NCBI GenBank assembly: GCA_964585065.1
Contig: CAZPCB010000002.1
Span: forward strand, 68,886-132,885
Reading direction: 5' to 3'
DNA from: an uncultured Candidatus Saccharibacteria bacterium
GTDB lineage: Bacteria > Patescibacteriota > Minisyncoccia > SW-4-49-11
DNA: 64,000 bases
In this document: positions 54,349 to 63,611 of the stretch, one piece after another
Numbering within the stretch: position 1 is the stretch's first letter
How the letters are laid out: each line of letters opens with the position of its first letter
The notes under the pieces: generated by a model
Databases searched by the model: none
Seen by the model: the letters and a program-made list of their open reading frames with translations, nothing else
What the model was told of the DNA's origin: nothing
Position numbers and translations under genes: made by a program

Positions 54349-56178
54349 ATGGTAAAACAGTTAAATAAAAACCCAAAGCTGTTTATATTGCTTGCATCGT
54401 TCGTCGCCATAGGTTTGATATCATTTGCGGGTACCTTTAATGTTGTGCATGGGAGGCAACAACAGCAACAACAGCAGCAGCAAACATCTAAATGTAATAA
54501 GTGTGGCCAATGTACAAATTGTTTGGCTTCAATCCAAAACAACTGGAGTAGGTTCCTTTGCGTGATTTTTCCACAATTCTGCTCGAGTTTAACTACATGT
54601 ACAGCTCCTGCTGTACAGCCATCCCAACCTTTTGTATGTACAGATGTACCAGTTTCTTACGTAGAAAGACTTTCACAATATAATATTAATGGTCTAGATG
54701 CTTCAATTTCAAGTAATGGTAAATATACAGTAAAGGGTATGACTACACATGGATCTTATAGCTGTGATACTATATTAAAAGCTATACTTGATTATAACAC
54801 TCCTCCTCCGACTAGTACATTTTCCGGGTACCAGTCTCTCTGGAACCGCCCTGTTCAACCTTCTACTCCTAAGTATAATGTTTGTGCCTATCCGAGTAGT
54901 GTCAGTGAACAGCGTCTAGAAAGAGTAAATTGGTCCTTTAATAATATGACAGCTGTCAAAGATTGTGGTAATGTAAAAGGAGTATATGCAGAATGCAATA
55001 ATGGAGCTGTTAATTTTGGTGCTTATCCAGGTTTTACAACAATAGGTGCAATTGCTAGTCCTTATCAAGCATTTACAGATCATAGCACTATAGTACAAAA
55101 TGCAGCCCCTAATCAATATAGATGGGGTGGTTTGTATCAGTATGGTATAAGCTCTGACAATGCAAAGCCAGGACCATATTCTTTTTACAGCACATCTTAT
55201 AATTATGAAACATTAAAATTAGCATTTAACTATGAAATGGTATACAGTAGTCTGCAACAAGCTGGTCCCTGTTGGTCTCCATTTCCATCTTTCAGAGAAT
55301 GCCATAGAGTACATTACTTTACCTATACTCCAAGAGTGCAACAGCCCAATATTACTCTAAACTCATATCTAATTAAGCATAGAGATAGACCAAGTCAACT
55401 GATTTATCGAAATAGTCCAATTAGAAAATCTTGGCAAATAGAGAATGCTAATTCTGGAAGTTGTAATATAGAAACGAAAAATTCTTCGGGAGAAGTTATA
55501 CCATTTCTTTCTAAAAGCGGATTGAATATTGACTTTAAACAAGGTAAGCAAATTGTAGACTTCTTACCTATTAATGGTGCAACAGGACAATATCTTGAAA
55601 AGGTAGATCAGAATGCAGATTATACAATTGGATATGATCCAAATAGAATACAGCCCGGTGTTTATAAGAGTATATTAACATGTAGTCTTAGTATAAACTG
55701 CTCATCAGGTTCGGGTACAGATGATTGTAAGAGAATCTCTCCAGGTAATCCTTATAGTAGCCCAATATCAGTTTCTGTTGATCAAGACTTTACAATATCT
55801 CCAGATCAAATAGTTACTTTGGCAGCGTCAGCTAAGCCAACTATCGTTTATAATAAATTTAGAAAAACTAAAATACTAGCTAATACAAAAGGTGCAAACG
55901 TGAATGATAAGCATAAGTATACACTTACAAAAATCCCTATAGGGTATAAGTTGACTTCATCTGCGACAATAGATAAGGTGGCTGATGCCTCAGGTACTAC
56001 TAACGCCTTCTGGGATGTTGAATTAGTTGTTAATCCCCAAACAAATGGAAGTGATGCAATAATAGGTGCATCAGAATTTGTTGTAGAAATGACTGATGAG
56101 CCATATGATAATCTTTATACGGCTAAAGCAAAAGTAACTTATCTTGGCAATAGAGATGTAAGAGAAGTTGCTAAATAA
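54349..56178 (+). CDS. Hypothetical secreted Cys-rich protein with N-terminal anchor and polyQ tract (609 aa)
   Basis: TM/signal FILLASFVAIGLISFAG, then Q9 tract, CNKCGQCTNC and many further Cys. Confidence 0.4.
   Translation: MVKQLNKNPKLFILLASFVAIGLISFAGTFNVVHGRQQQQQQQQQTSKCNKCGQCTNCLASIQNNWSRFLCVIFPQFCSSLTTCTAPAVQPSQPFVCTDVPVSYVERLSQYNINGLDASISSNGKYTVKGMTTHGSYSCDTILKAILDYNTPPPTSTFSGYQSLWNRPVQPSTPKYNVCAYPSSVSEQRLERVNWSFNNMTAVKDCGNVKGVYAECNNGAVNFGAYPGFTTIGAIASPYQAFTDHSTIVQNAAPNQYRWGGLYQYGISSDNAKPGPYSFYSTSYNYETLKLAFNYEMVYSSLQQAGPCWSPFPSFRECHRVHYFTYTPRVQQPNITLNSYLIKHRDRPSQLIYRNSPIRKSWQIENANSGSCNIETKNSSGEVIPFLSKSGLNIDFKQGKQIVDFLPINGATGQYLEKVDQNADYTIGYDPNRIQPGVYKSILTCSLSINCSSGSGTDDCKRISPGNPYSSPISVSVDQDFTISPDQIVTLAASAKPTIVYNKFRKTKILANTKGANVNDKHKYTLTKIPIGYKLTSSATIDKVADASGTTNAFWDVELVVNPQTNGSDAIIGASEFVVEMTDEPYDNLYTAKAKVTYLGNRDVREVAK
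54457..54483 (+). repeat. (CAA/CAG)9 trinucleotide tract encoding Q9
   Basis: caacaacagcaacaacagcagcagcaa read directly. Confidence 0.9.
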
Positions 56179-56214
56179 GCATAAAAGTTTTAAAAACACG
56201 ATAGAATTCATTTT

Positions 56215-56961
56215 ATGGTAAGCAGTAAAAATATTTTACTTATTTTCATACTATTACCCATATGTATATATTTAACTGCTACATCATATGGAATACTTCA
56301 AAAAGTACAGTTTTATCCAGAATGTCAGAATTACAGTTATGAGGAAAGAAAAAATTTCCTAAGTAAAACAACATATATTCATGGCACTATTACGGCTATA
56401 AAAGATGATAAAATAGATGTATATGTAAATTATAATCCTAGAAATAGATGGAAATGTTCACAGATGGAATCTCCATATAAAGACTATTTAGGAGCTACCA
56501 CAAAGATATATTCAGTTAACTTAAATCAGAATACCCCAATTTACTCAATGTATGAAGCTATTAGTACAAGTATTCCAAATGACCATACTCCTAGGCAAAA
56601 TCCTTCTCCTGAAGTCCAAATACCATCAGAAAATACATTTACTGGTTTAAGGTATAAAAAAGAAGATCTCACAATTGGATATAGAGTTGCAGTACTAGCA
56701 TCAAAACCAGTATTGAAAGAAAATTTATTTGATGCTGAATTGGTATTGATTTATCCAGAAAGAGATATTACATATTCTGCAATAATAACTATAATTATAG
56801 TTATTATTGCAGGTATAGGAAGCTATTACACAATAGAAGTTATTACTCATATACTTTATTATTTCACGAAAAATACCAATATACTTCTATTCTCTACAGT
56901 GATAAGACCAGTGGGAGCTATTGGGTTTTTTATATGGTATTTTTTATCACATTATACTTAA
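56215..56961 (+). CDS. Hypothetical bitopic membrane protein (N-terminal TM, soluble middle, C-terminal TM pair)
   Basis: Hydrophobic segments at both ends; very AT-rich. Confidence 0.35.
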   Translation: MVSSKNILLIFILLPICIYLTATSYGILQKVQFYPECQNYSYEERKNFLSKTTYIHGTITAIKDDKIDVYVNYNPRNRWKCSQMESPYKDYLGATTKIYSVNLNQNTPIYSMYEAISTSIPNDHTPRQNPSPEVQIPSENTFTGLRYKKEDLTIGYRVAVLASKPVLKENLFDAELVLIYPERDITYSAIITIIIVIIAGIGSYYTIEVITHILYYFTKNTNILLFSTVIRPVGAIGFFIWYFLSHYT

Positions 56962-56964
56962 TTT

Positions 56965-57561
56965 ATGAGATTACTTCAAAATTTTGTAGAAAATATATAT
57001 AATTTTATACCATTCGATAGTCAGCTTCTGACGGGATATATTATAATGCAAATAATAATTTTCACAATTATTAATATGTTTATACTATTAATTCAAATAT
57101 TAATAGTAAGATCTAAAATAAAAGAAACATTATATATAACTATCCCAATTCTTTTAATTAATAAAATATTAATTTTACCTATTCTCAACGATATAGTATT
57201 TATAACCCATGTATCATTAATATATGTTATGGTGTTCATAACCATATCAACTTTATTAGATATAGAAAGCTTTAAACTATATACGAATGATTACAAAAAA
57301 TTATGTAAATTTTATCAAATCATATCTATAATTTTACAAATACTTATTATAATTATTTTTATAACTCAGCCAATACTAAATCTACAAACTATCATTGGAA
57401 TAACTATATATTCGATACCCTTGATAATTGATATTGTTAATTTTAAATCAAATTTTAAAAATACGTTTAGACTAAATATTTATAAATATATATACCAATA
57501 TATCACTATAACTATATTAATTTTATTATCAAAAATAATAGTCCCTATACATTTTATGTAA
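56965..57561 (+). CDS. Hypothetical highly Ile-rich polytopic membrane protein (198 aa)
   Basis: About 6 TM helices; codon usage extremely AT-biased. Confidence 0.35.
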   Translation: MRLLQNFVENIYNFIPFDSQLLTGYIIMQIIIFTIINMFILLIQILIVRSKIKETLYITIPILLINKILILPILNDIVFITHVSLIYVMVFITISTLLDIESFKLYTNDYKKLCKFYQIISIILQILIIIIFITQPILNLQTIIGITIYSIPLIIDIVNFKSNFKNTFRLNIYKYIYQYITITILILLSKIIVPIHFM

Positions 57562-57589
57562 AACAACATAAAAGAACTCTCTCATATAA

Positions 57590-57679
57590 TAGTATCTCAA
57601 CTAAATCTAGTACTATTAATATCTCTTTACCCTGCCCTGGAAAATCAGTGATGAATTAAGACGGGCTTTAGGGGTGTGA
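57590..57679 (+). pseudogene. Ghost 3'-end fragment of a DUF59/SufT-like gene (encodes YLFTLPWKISDELRRALGV*)
   Basis: Roughly 75 percent nt identity and clear peptide similarity to the end of 53998..54285 (TFTPPWKVSDELREALGI*), including matching stop position. Confidence 0.5.
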
Positions 57680-57683
57680 ATTC

Positions 57684-57711
57684 TTGACAAGTTTTTGGAG
57701 GGTGCTATACT
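57684..57711 (+). promoter_or_regulatory. Sigma70-like promoter TTGACA-16-TGcTATACT
   Basis: Consensus -35, extended -10, 25 nt upstream of 57736 start. Confidence 0.45.
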
Positions 57712-57735
57712 AATTTATATACATAAAATCAATAT

Positions 57736-58662
57736 ATGAAATCACATCTTTTATCTATAATAGCAGCAAGTATTATTGTACTTGGTGGATCATTTTTAGT
57801 GGTAAATACTATTTTAGCTAAGGATGAGGCTTCAGAGTTAGATAAAAAATCTCAAGAATCACAACGTGAATTTGAGAAGCAGGCACAAAAAGTAAGAGAA
57901 ATAAAACCTCAAGAAGATACAAAACGCCCACCTTTGGTAAAGAAAGAGGATTCAGAAGATGATAATTCAGAAGATGAATCACAAAAAACTTTATTAGAGC
58001 GACAAAAAGAGCAAAATCAGCAATTAATGGAAAGACAAAAAGAACAAACTAAAAAAATGTCTGAAAAAACAAGAGAAGCTGAGAAGCAAGGTCTAGAGAA
58101 AAAAGATAAGGAGGATAGCCCAAACCCAAATGATGAAGGCCAAGATGATTCAGTAGATTCTTTGTCTGAGCAAATTACTGTAGGGCCAGAGCGAGAGAAG
58201 AAAATCAAGGATAAGTGTCAGGAAATTAGTAATAAAATTGCTGAACATCAAAATGAATTAAAGGCAAAAGCTGAAAAAAGACTTGGTAAATATAATAAAA
58301 TTATTACTCGATTAGAAGCAGTTTCAACAAAACTAGCAGATTTAGGTGTAGATGTTACCACATATAATGGATATGTAACTGAGGTAAAGTCTCAAGTTGC
58401 TGTATTAAATCAATCAATTAATACCTATATCGCTTCTCTTGGTACTAATACTACTCAACTTTGTACTAAGGAAAAAGCTGCAACAGAATTAAATACCCGA
58501 AAAGCTGATTTGAAGGTTATTATTGCCCAAGATAAAGCAATAAGAACTTATATCAAAGAAACAATAATTCCTTACCTCAGAAGTATAAAACCGCAACAAC
58601 CAACTTCAACAGAACAAGAGAATACAACAGTACCGTCCTCAAACCCCGCCCCAATCCAATAA
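57736..58662 (+). CDS. Secreted/anchored coiled-coil protein rich in K/E/Q (308 aa)
   Basis: N-terminal hydrophobic segment, long charged heptad-like region. Confidence 0.4.
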   Translation: MKSHLLSIIAASIIVLGGSFLVVNTILAKDEASELDKKSQESQREFEKQAQKVREIKPQEDTKRPPLVKKEDSEDDNSEDESQKTLLERQKEQNQQLMERQKEQTKKMSEKTREAEKQGLEKKDKEDSPNPNDEGQDDSVDSLSEQITVGPEREKKIKDKCQEISNKIAEHQNELKAKAEKRLGKYNKIITRLEAVSTKLADLGVDVTTYNGYVTEVKSQVAVLNQSINTYIASLGTNTTQLCTKEKAATELNTRKADLKVIIAQDKAIRTYIKETIIPYLRSIKPQQPTSTEQENTTVPSSNPAPIQ

Positions 58663-58683
58663 TATCAATATAATACTATTCAT

Positions 58684-59190
58684 ATGAGCGACAATCTTGA
58701 ATCCAATAATACAGAATCAGTAAATAGTGAGCCTATGGTTGCTACTCCAGAAGCTACGTCTACACCATCGGTAGAGACATTAATACCATCTGGAGAAACT
58801 AATCCTGGAATTACTTCATTTACTCCTGAGGAGGTAGTAGTTCCAACATCAGCTCCTACTACAACTGAACCCGTAAGCCCAATAGAAAATTTAGCAAAAA
58901 AAGAAGTAGTAACTCGACCATTATTATGGGGAGTAGTAGTATTCTTAGTATTCTTTGCGCTTGTAATAGGAGCCGTAAGTGTATATCGATATTATCAAGA
59001 TCAGAATAAGCCTGTAGAGGATGCATCTATATTACCTGCAACCACTCCAGCTAATACACAAAGTACTCTTGATACTACTCCCGTATCTACAGATACTAAG
59101 GTGCAGGCTGATGCCATTAGTGCAGAAGTACAAAGTATAGATACAGATATAGAAGGAGATGTTTTATCAGATTCTTCATTGGGTTTATAA
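58684..59190 (+). CDS. Hypothetical membrane protein with T/P/S-rich extracellular N-terminus and one TM helix
   Basis: TM LLWGVVVFLVFFALVIGAVSVY flanked by low-complexity T/P/S regions. Confidence 0.35.
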   Translation: MSDNLESNNTESVNSEPMVATPEATSTPSVETLIPSGETNPGITSFTPEEVVVPTSAPTTTEPVSPIENLAKKEVVTRPLLWGVVVFLVFFALVIGAVSVYRYYQDQNKPVEDASILPATTPANTQSTLDTTPVSTDTKVQADAISAEVQSIDTDIEGDVLSDSSLGL

Positions 59191-59269
59191 ATCAAGAGAA
59201 TAATTTATCTATTTGACAGTATTGATAATCTTGGGATACACTCTAGATAATGGTTAATATATTTTCAAG

Positions 59270-60661
59270 ATGACATATTTTATTATTACTGGTGCTACGG
59301 GAGATTTAGCTCGCACCAAATTATACCCAGCTTTAGCTGAAATGTTTTCTTATGGCCAATATATCGGGGAAACCCAATTTATTGGAGCTGGCAGAAAGCC
59401 TTATACACAAGAAGAATATCAGCAATTAGTGAGAGATTCTCTTGGTATACATGATTGGAAATTAGATTTTATTGATAATTTACATTATATACAATTAGAC
59501 TTTGATAGTATACTCACAATTCAGAATTTTATTCGGGATTATGACATACAAAAAGGGGATAGAATTATTTGGTATATGGCAATACCACCCCAAGCCTTTG
59601 GGAATATTATTAATACCTTAGTTGATATCAAGAAACAATATCATGATATAGAATATACTCTTGTATTTGAAAAACCATTTGGATCAGATATTATATCGGC
59701 TAAAACATTAAATAATCAGCTCAAAGAATCATTTAGAGAAGAGGAAATATATCGAGTAGATCATTATCTTGGGAAGGAGACAATACAAAACATTTTAGCT
59801 TTGAGATTTGGTAATACTATGTTTGAGCCATTACTCAATAATCATTATGTAGAGTCAATCTCTATTAATGTGTGGGAAGAGCGGGGTATTGATGAGAGAG
59901 CTGAATATTTTGATAATACTGGGATTATTAAAGATATTTTACAAAATCACATTTTACAAACCTTAGCTTTGATTACCATGGAAGCTCCTGTCGCTATGGA
60001 GGCAGAATATATTCGTGATGAAAAACATAAAATTTTAAAGTCTCTGAGACCAATTCAATCTGAGAATATTATCCTAGGACAATATATCGCCTCGAAGGGC
60101 AAAAAAGGGTATTTAGAAGAGTTAGGAGTAGCTCAAAACTCTAAGACAGAGACATATGTAGCGCTGACTGTCTATATAGATAATTTGCGCTGGGAAAATA
60201 CTCCTATTTATATATCAACAGGGAAGCGATTATCAGAGACAAAAGCGGAAATTAGAATAAAATTTAAGCAAAGTTTTAACTATTTTACTCATATTGATGA
60301 ATTTTGTAATCCTCAGCAAAATGAGCTCGTCATTAGTATACAGCCTAATGAAGAGGTATATTATACTGTTAATGCAAAATTTCCTGGTAAAGGAATGTGT
60401 ATACAGCCCGTAAAACTTAATTTCACCTATGAAGAATCATTCGGACAGCGGAGTCAAGGGGCTTATACACGGCTTATACAAGACATTATTGAGCAAGATC
60501 AATCACTATTCATCCGAGCTGATGAAATTGAAGCGGCTTGGAATTATGTGGACGCATTAATTCAATCGAATACTATACAAGAGAGACAACTTGTATTCTA
60601 TGAGGCAGGAAGTAATCCAAATAGTTATTCGCACCTCTATACAAAACAGGGGGAGGGGTGA
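59270..60661 (+). CDS. zwf: Glucose-6-phosphate 1-dehydrogenase
   Basis: NADP site IITGATGDLARTKLYPAL, active-site RVDHYLGKE, 463 aa. Confidence 0.9.
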   Translation: MTYFIITGATGDLARTKLYPALAEMFSYGQYIGETQFIGAGRKPYTQEEYQQLVRDSLGIHDWKLDFIDNLHYIQLDFDSILTIQNFIRDYDIQKGDRIIWYMAIPPQAFGNIINTLVDIKKQYHDIEYTLVFEKPFGSDIISAKTLNNQLKESFREEEIYRVDHYLGKETIQNILALRFGNTMFEPLLNNHYVESISINVWEERGIDERAEYFDNTGIIKDILQNHILQTLALITMEAPVAMEAEYIRDEKHKILKSLRPIQSENIILGQYIASKGKKGYLEELGVAQNSKTETYVALTVYIDNLRWENTPIYISTGKRLSETKAEIRIKFKQSFNYFTHIDEFCNPQQNELVISIQPNEEVYYTVNAKFPGKGMCIQPVKLNFTYEESFGQRSQGAYTRLIQDIIEQDQSLFIRADEIEAAWNYVDALIQSNTIQERQLVFYEAGSNPNSYSHLYTKQGEG

Positions 60662-60694
60662 TATACTAAAGAAAGTAAAAAACAATCAAAATAT

Positions 60695-61891
60695 ATGCAT
60701 AGAGTTAAAAGAGAACAAAAAGGCTTCACCTTACTCGAGATATTATTAGTAATAGCCGCAATAGGAATATTGGCAGCCATTGTACTAATAGCCATAAATC
60801 CAAATAGACAATTAGCGCAAGCAAGGAATGCACAGAGACGTAGTGATGTAAATACAATTTATAAAGCTATAGAACAATACTTAATTGATACAGGATCATA
60901 TCCCATAGGGACTATTAATGGGGTATCTACCCCTTTAAATAATACATATGTTGATCTTTGTTCATCAACAAGCCCTGGTAATACATGTTTAAATTTGAAT
61001 GCATTATTAACTCCACAATATTTGGCAGCTATTCCTCGAGATGCTCAGGCAAGTGTTGGTATCACAGGTTATAGAGTTGCTATCAATAGCTTGAATAATA
61101 GGGTTAGTGTTCAAGCTACTACTGTAGAATTAACACAATCAATAGCAATTAATGCATTTGCCCCTAATTGGACTCCCGCGAATATTACCACATCATTGTG
61201 GCTGGATGCCTCTGATAACTCAACTATTACTCAAAGTAGTGGAACAGTTAGTCAATGGAATGATAAAAGTGGTACAAATAAGCATGCAACACAAGCTACG
61301 AGTACGAGAAGACCAGCCATTACATCTAATGCAATCAACGGACTTTCAGCTTTAGATTGGGGGGAAACACAAAGTGATAAATCTATTGGATATTCGACAA
61401 CAGGATTATTGGTAAAAGATGTATATATTGTAGGGTGGTTTTCTGGAGCTTCATTTGGTAACTATTCAGCTTTATTTAACCCTTTTCTTGACAATACATT
61501 TGTAGGTATTACTGCATTGGGGGGTAATCCATATTTTTATAACTATTCTTCGAATACGGCATATTATTTTACTAATTATTATCTTAATGCATCTAGTACG
61601 GACTCAAATACTAATGTTTTTCCTACGGTCACAAGCCCATTTATTTTGAGAGCAAATGCTACACGTGTAGATACAAATGATTGGGTATCAGGATATGCTG
61701 TTGGAATGGATAGAAATTATAATACACTGGGTAGAAGCTGGACTGGTTTTATTGGTGAAATTGTAGTATCTTCAACTGATTTGACATTAAGTGACCGTCA
61801 AAAATTAGAGGGATATCTTGCACATAAATGGGGTCTCATTAGTGCTTTACCAATTACTCATCCATATAAGGTGGTTGCTCCAACCCAATAA
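60695..61891 (+). CDS. Type IV pilin-like protein (leader MHRVKREQKG/FTLLEI) with about 340-aa C-terminal globular domain
   Basis: N-terminal 60 aa nearly identical to that of 34452..35771; C-terminal domain unrelated. Confidence 0.6.
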   Translation: MHRVKREQKGFTLLEILLVIAAIGILAAIVLIAINPNRQLAQARNAQRRSDVNTIYKAIEQYLIDTGSYPIGTINGVSTPLNNTYVDLCSSTSPGNTCLNLNALLTPQYLAAIPRDAQASVGITGYRVAINSLNNRVSVQATTVELTQSIAINAFAPNWTPANITTSLWLDASDNSTITQSSGTVSQWNDKSGTNKHATQATSTRRPAITSNAINGLSALDWGETQSDKSIGYSTTGLLVKDVYIVGWFSGASFGNYSALFNPFLDNTFVGITALGGNPYFYNYSSNTAYYFTNYYLNASSTDSNTNVFPTVTSPFILRANATRVDTNDWVSGYAVGMDRNYNTLGRSWTGFIGEIVVSSTDLTLSDRQKLEGYLAHKWGLISALPITHPYKVVAPTQ

Positions 61892-61999
61892 CCTCATACA
61901 AATCAAAAACTACTTATTCATGATGTATTACAAGGAGAATTACTTATTTATATTAACGATTAAGCAATACGATTCTATCTAATATATTGAGATAAATTA

Positions 62000-62503
62000 T
62001 TATGTTTTTAATAAATATCCTAAACTTGATTGGCAGCAAAGTGCCACAGCAAGTCCATCAGCAGCATCATCTGGTTTGGGAATAGATTTGAGACCTAATA
62101 TGGTCGCTACCATTTGTTGCATCTGAGCTTTAGGAGCTTTCCCATAACCTGTTATTGCTTGCTTGATTTGAAGGGGAGTGAATTCAAATAATTGAAGCTT
62201 ATGTAATTCGGCATTGAGTAATATAACCCCACGGGCTTGGGCTACCGTAATGACAGTAGTGGTATTACGAAAAAAGAATAATTTCTCAACAGCCATAATA
62301 TTAGGTTTATGAGTAGCGATAATCTCCTTTAGGCTCTCATCTATAATAGCAAGTCTCTTAGAATCTGAGAGATGGGCTTCTGTGGTAATAACACCATAAT
62401 CCACTATATTAGATACACGAGATAAAGAGGTGTCAATAATACCAAATCCGGTAGTAGCAGTACCGGGATCAATGCCGAGAATACGATAGGGAGCATCACT
62501 CAT
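62000..62503 (-). CDS. ruvC: Holliday junction resolvase RuvC
   Basis: ILGIDPGTATTGFGII N-terminus and RNase-H-like fold, 167 aa. Confidence 0.9.
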   Translation of the reverse strand: MSDAPYRILGIDPGTATTGFGIIDTSLSRVSNIVDYGVITTEAHLSDSKRLAIIDESLKEIIATHKPNIMAVEKLFFFRNTTTVITVAQARGVILLNAELHKLQLFEFTPLQIKQAITGYGKAPKAQMQQMVATILGLKSIPKPDDAADGLAVALCCQSSLGYLLKT

Positions 62504-62512
62504 AGGAATATA

Positions 62513-63046
62513 TTAGGCTACAGTGCTTGTCCAAATTTCCTCTACATCATCTAATTCTTCTAGGATTTCAATGAGATTGTCTAATTTTTCTTGGGCCTCT
62601 TCAGTAATTTCAGTAGGTATATTTATTTTATATTCTTGTTCTCGAATAATTTCCTCAAACATCCAAATCACTGAACCACTCGCACCAAGACTACCTCCAT
62701 TTTTGGATAAAAGATGTCGTAAATCAGCCACCGTACGATTACCATTATCAGTATATGTCTTAATGAGAAGACCGACCCCCTCAGGCCCAAAACCTTCATA
62801 AATCACAACTTGCCCATTGGTATTGGCTGCCTTTTCTAATATACGACTAATATTATCTTTTGGCATATTAACTTCTTTTGCTTTTTCGAGAGCTAAACGG
62901 AGTTCCGGATTTATAGCAGGGTCGGTAGAACCTTTGCGAGCAGCAATTTGAATAAGTTTTACTACTTTAGAAAAATTCTGGGCTTTGAGCTTATCAGTGG
63001 CAGCTTTTTTATGTTTGATTTTAGAAAATTTATTATGTCCAGACAT
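62513..63046 (-). CDS. yebC: YebC/PmpR (TACO1) family protein, minimal 177-aa form lacking the central domain
   Basis: MSGHNKFSKIKHKKAATD N-terminus; start moved to M5 of track ORF. Confidence 0.75.
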   Translation of the reverse strand: MSGHNKFSKIKHKKAATDKLKAQNFSKVVKLIQIAARKGSTDPAINPELRLALEKAKEVNMPKDNISRILEKAANTNGQVVIYEGFGPEGVGLLIKTYTDNGNRTVADLRHLLSKNGGSLGASGSVIWMFEEIIREQEYKINIPTEITEEAQEKLDNLIEILEELDDVEEIWTSTVA

Positions 63047-63104
63047 AGATAAAAGCATTTAATATACTTCTATTATAGCATAAAATAGGCTATTTTGCAA
63101 GATG

Positions 63105-63141
63105 AGATAAAGTAAAAACCCCCCAAGCATTAGCATGGGAG
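63105..63141 (-). terminator. Terminator-like hairpin on minus strand overlapping the stop codon of 63130..63531 (CCTCCCA..TGGGGGG + T5)
   Basis: Minus-strand GC stem with G:U followed by TTTTT. Confidence 0.4.
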
Positions 63142-63531
63142 GGATTTGATTTGTGCAAGCCATGTATTAGCTTGCTGGAGATATTTGCGGCGGTCTTTGC
63201 TGTAGACCTGTGGTTGAGCTTTTAGCTTATCAGGTAGGGCTAGCTGATTTTCAATCAGCTCAATGAGGGTTCCTTTAATAGGCTTCCCCTCAATAATTAC
63301 TCCCCTATGTGCTGCTTCCAAGAATATCACCATGTTGGCAATGCTCCCAGAGCTGAGCTTGAAGAAGGCTTCAAAACGCTCCCCTAAAAACACATAGTCA
63401 GTTTTGGGAATTGAGAGCGGGATTCTTGCGGGGAAAGTGGGGTCCCTTGTTCTCAATAAATCGTAAACCTTTTGAAGGACTTGAGCTTCGGTGAGGCCTT
63501 GTTCAGAGAGAGCCATGAGATTAATGTACAT
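63130..63531 (-). CDS. Hypothetical protein (133 aa), locally GC-rich
   Basis: ORF with higher GC than neighbours, own terminator; no recognised motif. Confidence 0.35.
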   Translation of the reverse strand: MYINLMALSEQGLTEAQVLQKVYDLLRTRDPTFPARIPLSIPKTDYVFLGERFEAFFKLSSGSIANMVIFLEAAHRGVIIEGKPIKGTLIELIENQLALPDKLKAQPQVYSKDRRKYLQQANTWLAQIKSLPC

Positions 63532-63611
63532 ATAGTGTCGCGATTATAACATATATGCAAATTTTATGCAATATTGGGGGGCTATAGAACAATATGCTAT
63601 AATAAGAGTAT

